A stretch of 54,971 nucleotides of DNA, filler included, from Basidioascus undulatus (taxonomy: Eukaryota), in the NCBI GenBank assembly GCA_000826855.1. It is 4 parts of 4 records of this genome, joined end to end, with 100 filler letters (N's around TTAATTAATTAA, not from the genome) between each part and the next. Parts side by side here need not be neighbours in the genome. Positions count along the whole stretch, not along the records: positions 1 to 13,703 come from JTLS01000794.1; 3 more parts are not named here. One strand, 5' to 3'. Shown in pieces: positions 1 to 9,424 of the stretch. The translations under genes and the position numbers were made by a program. A model generated the notes under the pieces. That model was not told where the DNA came from, made no database searches, and was given only the letters and a program-made list of their open reading frames with translations. The first letter of the stretch is position 1, and each line of letters begins with the position of its first letter.

Positions 1-1
1 G

Positions 2-667
2 ATCCAGGAGCTCAACGCGACCGAGCTCATGGGGCGCACGATCAACGTCGAGAAGGCGCGCCGCGCGCGTGCGCGCACGCCCACGCCGGGCAAGTACTTC
101 GGGCCTCCCAAGCGTGGTGCGTCGCCTCTCTACGACTCAGAAGCACCCGCACGCCCGCTGATCCGAACCTGAACCTCTCGCAGAGGACTCGTACCGCCCG
201 TACAACCCCCGTCCCGACTACGGCCGCGGGGGCTACGGTGACCGCTACGACCGCGGCGGGTACGGAGACCGCTATGATCGTGGCCCTCCGCGCTACGATG
301 ACCGGTACGGGTCCGTCTGGTGTCCCACCTCTTTCGAGAGGCATTGAGCGTGCCAGCTGACGCGTTACCACCCTTGCCCGTTTGCGGATCTGCTGCCCCG
401 GCTGCTCCCCCGACGAGCAGCTACCCGCCCGACGACCGCTACGGAACGTGCGTCCCCCCTCTCCCTCTCCCTCTCCATCCCCACCGCCGTCCGCTGACGA
501 AGTTGAACTTGACGGGACGGACGTGAAGCCGCTACCGCGACTACCCGCCCCCGCCCCCGAGGGACTACTACCGCGACGACTACCGCCGCGACTACGACAT
601 GCCCCCGCGCGACATCGCCGCCCGCCCGATGCGCGACGAGCGTGACCGCTACGACCGCCGCTACTAA
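2..667 (+). CDS. Tra2-like SR/RRM RNA-binding protein, 5'-partial, spliced
   Basis: Frame from nt 2 reads IQELNATELMGRTINVEKARRARARTPTPGKYFGPPKR (end of an RRM plus the Tra2-family TPTPG linker). Intron 117-183 (GTGCGT..CAG) is followed by R/Y/D/G-rich exons, ending at TAA 665-667. Confidence 0.85.
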
Positions 668-2140
668 GCCAGATGGGCGGCGCCGCACCCCGCAAATCGT
701 CCCCGACTCCGGCTCAGCAGCAGCAGTCTTGTCAGAGCCAGGTCGGTTTCCCTCTTTTTGCCTCGTTCCTTCCCTCTCGCGTGCCCGTGTCCCGTGTCTC
801 TTGAGTTTGTTGTCGGGGTCCTTTGTGTAGTAGCTTAGCGTGATCAACGACGTTACATTGATCGCTTAAGGTCGTGCGCCGGCAGTGTTGAACGACAGAA
901 AGCTTCGCCTGAGCCTGCGCGAAAAGGTTCACATGCAGTGGTTCATCGAAAACAAAATGCGCCCTCGCACACGATTCTACGCGATGCAGGCTGAGCAGTA
1001 GTCTGCCGGGCGTGGTGGGGCATGCCCAATATGAACATCTCGGCAGAACACGGAGGCGTGTCCTTGCACCACTTTGATCGTCCGTTCGTTGGGACGCGCT
1101 GTCCAGCGTTGCTGTTAATAAGCCGCGGGGATAATCAAAGGATCAGTTGGTCAATCTCCTTGCGGTGGACCCTTGACCAAGCGGACGCGGAGGGATTGGC
1201 CCTACGCCGAGGGGACTACACTAGGGCTTTGGATGGGAGGAGGGGGAGGTATGGATTGGAGTGGGCGGGTAGTGGAAGAGGGGTGGTGCCTTTCCGAGAG
1301 CCACGGAAGGGTACGAGGGCGTGAACCAGGTACTAGCGGGAATCACATGGAACCCGATGTTTACTAGGGCGCGTAGTTAGCCATAAAGAGTGCCTTCTTG
1401 ACCGCTTGCTTGAGATGAGAAGTAGCTTAGGATGCGCGGCTTTTCGCAGCCTTCTCAATCTCGTCCATTTCAAGCACTCTGGAAACTGAGCAACCCGTTT
1501 TTCAGCAGAGTGCACCGGGCAAGTCCGTCCAGAAAATGCCTCCATGGGAAAATTTAGGTGGATATGTAGACTAGCGGTGTCTCGTCATCAAGCAGAATCG
1601 TGCAGTACTGGGGCCGGGCCATCAGCAGAGCTTACTCACCTGGCAACTGTAGGCCATACTGGCGCACGGGGGACATTTCCCGATTCTCTGAGCGCTTGCA
1701 TTTGCAGTCAATACGGGTGCCGAGCGCTTCGTTGTACTCCGGTTTGATCGACTCGATGGAGCGTCGCGGAGCTTGGTCATCGCCACCCACAATTCCTCGT
1801 GCTCGTGCTGGATCGAACATCTCAGACCCTCCACGCAGAGCTCCTGCTGCTCAGCGGGAGCGTCGGCTTCGAGCGATTGTCCTCGGTGAACGCCGTTATA
1901 AACCCATCGCGAGACTTTTCAAACATCTTGGGCATTCTGAGTTGGTTTGATAAGTCCAAGAGATGTATATCTTGCCGTACAGTCGGGTTCACTTACCCGT
2001 ACATGACCCAGTCTCGCAAGTGTGCGGACCCAGGAAAGTACCCCAGGGGGCTGCATGAAATGGAATCACTGTTCTCTTGCACAGCGTGAGTAAAGGACGC
2101 ACGCAATGAGAATGAAGTCGAAATGCTTACCTATCGTAGA

Positions 2141-3005
2141 TCCAGGAAAACATGAAATCGAACCTTGCCACAGTGCAGTCTAGGCAACGATACCGTGCGA
2201 GCCAAAGTTGGCTGTCAAAGAACTCGGGGAAGAAAGGGCAGTAAAGTGCGAGCAGTCCTTTGTGGACTTTAAAGCTAGGAAAATTATCCCGTGACGATAT
2301 TGTGCGAGAAATACAAGAGGCAACGGCCGCCGAGGAGATGGGGATGGACGCCGTTATGGACGCGAAGGCGGCAATGGAGGTCGCATCCGTCGAGGCGGCG
2401 GGCGCCCACCCCGCGCCGGCCGCGCCGCCGCTCTTCTTCTCGGACATGAGCGCCCACTCACAGCTGGCCGCGCCGGCGCTCTTCTTCTCCAACTTCGGGC
2501 GCTCGGCTCCCGCCCCCGCCTCCCCCCCGATCCTCTACTCCCTTCCCGGCGACGAGCCCGCCCCGAGCCAGGAGCGGTACTTGACGGTTCCGACTCCAGC
2601 GGGCCGAGCCTCTCGTCGTCGCGTATCGGAGGCGACGTGGACCTGGCGCTGGCGTCGGAGCTGGAGCGGGAGTTGGCGCTGCTGAGCAAGGATGAGTCGG
2701 ACGAGGAGGAGGGGACGCCGGCGCCGCCGGTAGGGGGAGGTGACGGGCGCGGCGCTGGCGCGCGAGCTGGAGCTGGAGTTCGCGAGGTGGAGGCGGCGGT
2801 GAGGGAGGCGGAGGGGATGGTGAGGCGGCCGACGGCGTGGCAGGTGACGGCGGCGGCGGGGCAGGTGACGGAGGCGGCGGCGGAGGAGGAAGAGGAGGAC
2901 TCGGATGAGGAGGATTCGGATGAGGATGAGGAGGAAGTGTCGGATATCGAATTCATTATTCGACGGGGAGGCTGTAGGTGGAACTGCAGTATAGAGGGCG
3001 TTTAG
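2141..3005 (+). other. Unidentified low-complexity/acidic coding-like remnant
   Basis: Two overlapping ORFs in different frames (2260-2685, 2637-3005) have protein-like composition (three xAxPxLFFS-like repeats, E/D tract). An upstream GTGAGT..TAG intron-like segment is present, with an in-frame TAA just before the first ORF. No family recognised. Confidence 0.25.
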
Positions 3006-3304
3006 TTCGCATTTCTTGGCTCTTCGCATCGCATGGCAATCGCATCGTTTCGTTAGTCTATATCGGGATCGTTGTTTAGTAGTGTATTTTATTTGTGTTC
3101 CGTTCCGTCCGAGATTATTTAGAATGGCGTGTGCGACGTGCAATAGAAGCCCCCGGCCGCGAGACCCTCCGTCTTGAAAAGAAGCATCGATCGAAAAGAT
3201 GTGCACCGAGTCCGAAAGAGAGCGATCGAACCTGTTCGAAACGCGTACGCACGCGGTCATGCCACGCGAGAATATTTTATTGGTCATTGGTGCAGCGCCC
3301 TGTT

Positions 3305-4277
3305 CTACTCGATCGCCCGCTGGATCTGCGCCTTGTAGATCTTGACCTCCTCCTTTGGCCTGCGATCCCCGCCCAGCGGACCAGTCAGTTCTGCAGCACA
3401 TCGGGGGGTTTGAAGTTGTATTGAGGAGCGGGCGCACCGGTCCTCCTGATCCGTCAGAACGCTGCTCATCCGCTGCACCACCCGCATACCCCGCACGACA
3501 CGCCCGAAGATGGTATGCCTGCGGAGCCATCAAGCGCATCAGTCAGTCAGTCGGTCGGGCATGTGAGGAGCGCCATGTTTTGCATCGACGCACTTTCCGT
3601 CCAGGAACGGTGTAGGGGCAAGGGTGATGAAGAATTGGGAGCCTGATGGTGCGCGGTCTGTCAGCAAACGCGGAGGGAGCAGCAAGACGGCAGGAAGAAC
3701 GGACCGTTGGTATTGGGCCCGGAGTTCGCCATCGCCAGGATTCCTGCGCCGACAAATCTCAACTCTGGGTGGATCTCGTCCTCACTGATGGGGGTCTACG
3801 CGTCAGTAGCAAACGGCGGGTGGGGATGAAGGGACAGGACACACAACTTCCCACCGTAGATCGAGCTCCCGCCCCGCCCAGTGCCCGTCGGGTCCCCTCC
3901 CTGCAACCAAATTTCGTGGTTAGTACGTAACAAGCGTTGACGAGGGCCCAACTGGCCTGGATCATGAATTCCTGGCTGCCCGACCGTCCCGCCCCGTTCA
4001 GCATCCCGATCGGTCGCACTCTCCACCTCGCAGACGCCCCACATACCACTCACATGATCCGATGGAACACCGTGCCATTATAGTAACCCCTCGCCGCAAG
4101 CTGCCTGAAGTTTTTGCAAGTCTATACCCGCGCCGCCATCAGGATCTTCAACTCGACTGGGTAGCTGGGGCAGGCAGGGAGAAGACGGGGATCGCGTGCC
4201 TTCGGAGCGTGTAGGTCGTAGAGCTCCACCACGATCTCGCCCTGGCTCGTTTGAAGCTCGATCAAGGGGGACGGCAT
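3305..4277 (-). CDS. CYP1: Cyclophilin-type peptidyl-prolyl isomerase, PPIL1-like (7 exons)
   Basis: Spliced product [124 protein letters not shown]...KIYKAQIQRAIE*. ATG at 4277, TAG at 3305-3307. Confidence 0.95.
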
Positions 4278-4597
4278 TGTGGGGTTTAGGGAGGGTGGGT
4301 GAAGGTGGAGCGGAAAGAAGCCGTGGAAGGGGATGGGGAAGGAGATGTCGCGAGCGACGCGTTTCCGTAGGGCGCGTCGGATTCGCCGAAAGGTATTTCG
4401 CAAGGCCGAAGGGGGACGCATTCGACCGTCCCTTCCACGTACGATGTGACCGGCGGGAATGTTTTGTGCGGTGTATGGGGATTTTATCCAATTATGGTTG
4501 GACCCTGAACATTTTACGGCAATCAGGACCTGGTTCTTGACGGGGCAAGGGATTGACATATGACCATCTCATATATTAAATTGAATAACCGTCGTAA

Positions 4598-4665
4598 GGC
4601 GAGATGGCCGAGCGGTCTAAGGCGCCTGGTCTGAAAGGGCGTGGGTTCGAATTCCACTCTCGTCA
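4598..4665 (+). pseudogene. tRNA-Leu-derived gene lacking the anticodon arm (pseudo-tRNA or tRNA-like Pol III unit)
   Basis: Identical to tRNA-Leu(AAG) at 54893-54971 except for deletion of AGACTAAGGATC and two C>T changes. Acceptor stem GGCGAGA/TCTCGTC, discriminator A, D arm, variable arm and T arm are retained. Confidence 0.92.
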
Positions 4666-4671
4666 CACACA

Positions 4672-4676
4672 TTTTT
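4672..4676 (+). terminator. Candidate RNA polymerase III oligo-T terminator
   Basis: TTTTT starts 7 nt after the discriminator base of the tRNA-like gene. Confidence 0.6.
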
Positions 4677-5035
4677 GACTTGCCCAACAGGCAGGAGCAC
4701 GGTGATGGGACCGGTGTTGCGCTCTATTCTTTTTTATTCTTTTTTTGGGGGGCCATCAGCGTGGTCTTCTGGTAGTTGTAAGGCTGTGCGTGATGCAGTG
4801 AAGGTAGTGCAGGACACGGCCTGTTCCCGTTCGCTGTGATGGCGTCTTCGTAAGTTGGGCCGAATCTGCACTGTGTATACAAAATGGAAGTCGACTGTAG
4901 CTTATTCTGTCCTTTTGTCTTTGCAAACGCTGTTTCTTTACCAGATGCACTCCCATGTCCGTGTGTGGGTTCCGCTGAAAGCAGTGCAGCTGACGCGGCC
5001 GTGTACATTTCCGTATCCTCAGGTACCTTCATCGC

Positions 5036-5434
5036 CTTTACATCCTGATAGGCTTCTGTTTCATCATCACCGAGTACACTCCTGTTTCTCTACTCGATGA
5101 CCGCGAGATCTTCTGGATCGCCCTACCGGGACCAGAGTACAACATCCTCCCTGGTGGCCACTCTACTCGTGGTTTCAACCACAGTGCTGCTACTAAGGCC
5201 CTACTTTCTGCGCTGGCTATGGGGCGAGTAATGGCCGACGCCACAAAGGCAAAGACCTCTGAGGCGGTGAGTGGCTTGAACAATCCGTTCGCTGAGAAGC
5301 AAGCATTCCGATAAGTCGAAGGCACAGATCGCTGCGTCCAATTCTCACGGTAAGATCTACTTCTAGACTTCTACGGCGTCCTACTGTTCATGCTGCCGTC
5401 TGCGAAGACGGTGAAGCAACTAATGAGGGGCTGA
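5036..5434 (+). mobile_element. Degenerate GIY-YIG homing endonuclease fragment with NUMOD3/NUMOD1-like motifs (probable NUMT from a mitochondrial group I intron)
   Basis: Reads GFCFIITEYTPVSLLDDREIFWIALPGPEYNILPGGHSTRGFNHSAATKALLSALAMGRVMADATKAKTSEAVSGLNNPF, then after a frameshift near 5300 KHSDKSKAQIAASNSHGKIYF, then after a frameshift near 5365 DFYGVLLFMLPSAKTVKQLM. This matches the RExxWI..PEYNIL end of GIY-YIG, GxxHSxxTK NUMOD3 repeats and a VYxYD.G..I..FPS NUMOD1 motif. CTA Leu codons are frequent, unlike the flanking nuclear genes. Confidence 0.8.
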
Positions 5435-5437
5435 CAT

Positions 5438-5836
5438 GTGCCCATCGCGTCCACCCTCCCGCCCGCCGCCGCAGAGCACCTCTCCTCATTTTCTTCGACC
5501 TTCCGCGAGGCCCTCATCATCACGGCCTCCATCCTGGATGCCGAGATCAAGATCCTCGACGTGTACAGCCTCCTGAACGACATCCTCGCGGACCCGGAGG
5601 CGGTGGGCCTGAAAGACGTGGAGAACCTGTACTTGGTCGGAGCGAATGGTACGGGACAGGGAGTCGTATGCGCAAACCCGGACGAGTTCCTTTTCTGGTA
5701 AGTAGCAATCCTGTGGGGTTTCCTGAAAGAACGGTGTTACTGACTCGGTTATCCGCGTCGCAGGGACCAATTCCACCCGACTGCGGCAGTCCACCGCCTC
5801 ATCGCTGCCAAGGCTGTTGAGCTGTTCACGTACTAG
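5438..5836 (+). pseudogene. 3' fragment of SGNH/GDSL hydrolase (CE16-like esterase)
   Basis: ...DVYSLLNDILADPEAVGLKDVEN...CANPDEFLFW, intron 5698-5763 (GTAAGT..CAG), then DQFHPTAAVHRLIAAKAVELFTY*. The block V DxxH motif is present; no GDS block is found upstream. Confidence 0.8.
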
Positions 5837-6507
5837 TTTGGGGGATGTTCGCAGCGTATCGCACATGTTGCGAATTCGCATTTCGGAAATGAATTTTCCG
5901 TTGCGTTACTGTCATCCACGCCTCAACGGACGTTTTGCCTGTTCCATGCCTGTTCCCCTCCTTTGTTCCATCAGCTTCACTGTACACGGCCCACTGCCTG
6001 CAGCTCTGCATCATATTGCTGCGGCGAATGTGCATACTAAAAAGATAATTGCATTATATCAATGCTGTTTGCTTCATCCACAACTTTACTCACAGCGCCA
6101 GCTGCAGCGCGTGCCTTGTGCGCACTGGCCGCGATGGGCAGTCGCTCCGTCCCGTTTATGACCTCCTTCGTCACTGGAACTGAAAGCTAAACATGAATCT
6201 TATGATGTGTAGTTATAAGAAAAGAGATCTGGTGCGGTAGAGCAAATGCGTTGCGGAGTGAGACAAAGGCAAAGTTTCCAGTTTGCTCGGCATCAGTCCG
6301 CGCCCAGACGCGTTTTGCAGTCATTGCAAGGAGATAAGAAACTTCGTCGACAAGCCCATGAACCTTTTGGAACGTCAAGTACAGCCCAATTCACAGCCAT
6401 CGACAACATCACGTTCATGGTCATCAAGAACAGGACGTTACACAGCCACACAGCCTCACTCCCCCCTTACGCCGGACTATTTCTCAGAAGGCGGAAGAGC
6501 CCTGCCA

Positions 6508-8892
6508 TTACGCGGCGTAGCTGAAAAGCACATGAGCCTGACAGTTCGTATGTTCCAGTCCGAGCACACCGGCGGCGTACCGGTTTCCGATAATCTCGAT
6601 GCGGGCGATGACCTCGTCGACGGCCTTGAGTTCATTGTCGGCTGGCGAACAGAAGTATGCCTTGATTAGATTGAGTTTTCGGTACGGAACAATCTGGGGT
6701 ACGCACTGAGCTTCACGTCGACCGAGCCCACGTTTTCGAGAAGGCTGCACCCAACAGCGATGTCAGCGTGATGGCCTCTCGCTCCGTCTCAAAGAAAAAG
6801 GCGACTTGCTATTTCTCTTTCTTCGTTCCGGGGATCTGTGAATCAAGATGGAGATTATCAAAAAAAAAAAAAAACACTGACCGCGAAGAAGAAGTTGCCC
6901 TGCGCGAGCACCACGCCAGCGCGAGCTGGCCGGGTGTGATGCCCTTCTTGGTGGCGATCTGCACATGGATGGGAGGTGTAAGTAGCAAGCCCGATCTAGT
7001 CTTTGAGCAGTCTCTCACAGCCTTGAGCTCCTCCACCAGCTTGAGGTTCTGTTCGTCCATCGTGGATCGTGAGACTGAGCAGACTCGCGGCTGGCAACAG
7101 GTGGCTTGCCTCATTGAACGCCTCGGCCTGGAAGCGGGGGTTGTCGTAGCGGAAGTCGCCTCTTCGAAGTCCTCCTTCGACTCCGAGCACGCGTTGCTGC
7201 TGTCAGAGCTGGCTGTGGTAGATTGCGAGAGTGGGACAGCGCGGTGGGTGACCTTGTAGGCGCCCGTGAGGAACCCGCGGCTGACTGAGTGCCGAAAGAC
7301 AACGGTATTCAGCCCTGTGACGCAGACGTAGGATGACGGGGTGGTGGGAAAGGTGCACGCACGCGGGGAGTATGCGACAATCGCAATGCCCAACTCGCGG
7401 CAAGTGTCGAGGATTCCGTTTGTCTTGATGTCTAAAAGCGAATTCGCTAGTCAGCCGTCTGTCTCCTCCGCGGGCAGAACTGATTACGCGCCAGGAGTCC
7501 AGGGGGAAAACTCCTGAACATGAGAGCAGCCCTTGTAAGCCGAATGTTGCCCTGAAAGGACGTCTGATACAACGCACGATCTGGAGCGCCGTGATGTTAG
7601 CGGCCTTGTGCGCGCGGCGGATGTCCTCAGGGGTCGCCTCGCTACAAGAGGAGAACAAGGCAGGAGATGTCAGCGGAAGAGATGTGCGAATCAAAACTGA
7701 GAAGAATTGCCTGATCCCGAGGTGCTTGACCTTGCCCTCGCGCTGGAGGGCAGCGAGTTCCTCCCAGGTCTCTGCAGAATCCCGGAGGAGGTTTCAGGAT
7801 AACAGAAAAGAATGGATAATTAGGCTCAGTGAGCACTAACCCTCGATGGGCACGCTGCGGTCGATGCGGTCTGAACGAAGGGCGGTAAACGTGTTCAGCT
7901 TCCCCTGCAGCCTTCAGCTAAAAATGAGAAAGGATCACGCTGGTAGTAGAGGTCGGTGTAGCTGTGCGGTGAAAGTCAGCGCACCATAGTGCAATCACAG
8001 CGAAGTTTCGTCAAGGTATAACATAACGCACTCGACCCCGAGGTTCTTCAGGCTCTACTCGCAAGCCTTACGAACGTAAGCGCGGTCGCCGTAAATGGCG
8101 AGCCTGTTGTTGCCTCCCGAATGCCTTCAGTCATGGAAAGGAAAGAAAAGGCAAGAAGCAAAGGGCGAGGATGGACTGACGTGCCGTCCTCCTTCACCGC
8201 ATTGCCGAATTTGGTCGCGATGAAGACATTCTTGCGGAAGGCCGGGTCCTTGAGCAGCGTGCCGAGGAGGAGCTCGTTCCTTTCCTGAAATAATTTAAGT
8301 TGAATTCAGTCATGCGTTTTCCAGAAGACCGCACCGCTGCTGGAGAGACATACCATGGGAGGGCCTGCAACGCATGCGCCCACACAGTCAGTCATCGCCC
8401 TTCAGCCATGCACCATAGAGTCGCACCGTAGATCTGTTTTGGTGGTGTAGGAGTGTTAAAAAACTTATCCGACAAGCTCGGGTCTTTGCAGAGCAAACTT
8501 AGTCCGCGGTGTCGACCATCACGCAGCCGAGCTCAACGGCCTGGAAGTTAAGTCTCTCGCACGTAAGTCTCTAAGTAATATGACTCCGTGCTTAGCACTG
8601 CTCACCTTCTTCACGATAGCCCTGTTCTCATCGACCGACAGCTGGCCCGTCGGGTAGAGCGACGTCAAGCCTGCGGTCATTGAGTAGCTGTCATGGTCAG
8701 TCGGACTGTCCTCAATTTCACCAAGCAGCGGCAGAATGCATACCTATGGCGACGTAGCCGAGGGCGGGAACTGCACCGTGAGCATGATAAGCGGGAGTAC
8801 GGATTCAGGGAACGAGCGCGTTGGAGTCGGTGAGAGCACGCACTTTTGGGACCACTCTTGCCGAGCTCGCGGAGAGGGATGGACGGGGACAT
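6508..8892 (-). pseudogene. Aldo-keto reductase pseudogene (many exons; 3' end approximate)
   Basis: Exons MSPSIPLRELGKSGPK, VDTAD-IYGD, VFIATKFG, DLYYQHRID, KVKHLGISE, EFSPW, CRELGIAIVAYSPLSRGFLTG, GITPGQLALAW, IPGTKK. In-frame TAG at 8055-8057 (ACE*SLKNLG) and frameshifts near 7160 and 6911. Confidence 0.9.
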
Positions 8893-9424
8893 TGGTAATA
8901 TATTTTTTGGTGATTTGTGAGAGTAGGTGAGTTCTGCGTTTGTGGGAGAAACAAAGAACGCAGAGAGTGGATGGTGGATGAAAAGCAACCGCGGGATGCA
9001 GGCGCTCGCCTGCCTTAATAGGATTGAGCGTATAGGCGGATGGCTGTCAGGTTACAGTGCGGAGGTTCATCTTTTTTTGTAAGCGCCGAGCCTCACCGAG
9101 CGCACGAAGCTCCCGGGCGCAGCGGAGGTCGTGCAGCTGAGGTCACCAGGAACGACTGTTGACCTTCCCTGCCTCCGCTCCAAGGTGCCCGAGAAGACAT
9201 TTTCCATGCTCTGTGCCTGAACGAGCTTTGCTGTTATTCCTGTTTCGAGTAACACGTGAAAGGTTTATACTGACGTAGAGGCAGGTACCACTCGTCAGGA
9301 TGCGTAGGAAAGTATGCGGACGAGTGCATCGCTGCCCAGCACCAGAGACAAACAGGCAGCACATTTTCCCTGACGCATGTATGGCAGCGTAAAGACCACA
9401 CTCCCGCAATCCCCCCCAAAAAAA

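Noticed and set aside
834..870. Imperfect hairpin downstream of the Tra2-like gene
   Set aside because: Short, bulged and matches no RNA family I recognise.
8055..8057. Recoded TAG (readthrough or alternative genetic code) in AKR and kinesin
   Set aside because: Both genes carry other lesions, and intact genes here (CYP1, GUT1, SCJ1) use TAG as a normal stop.
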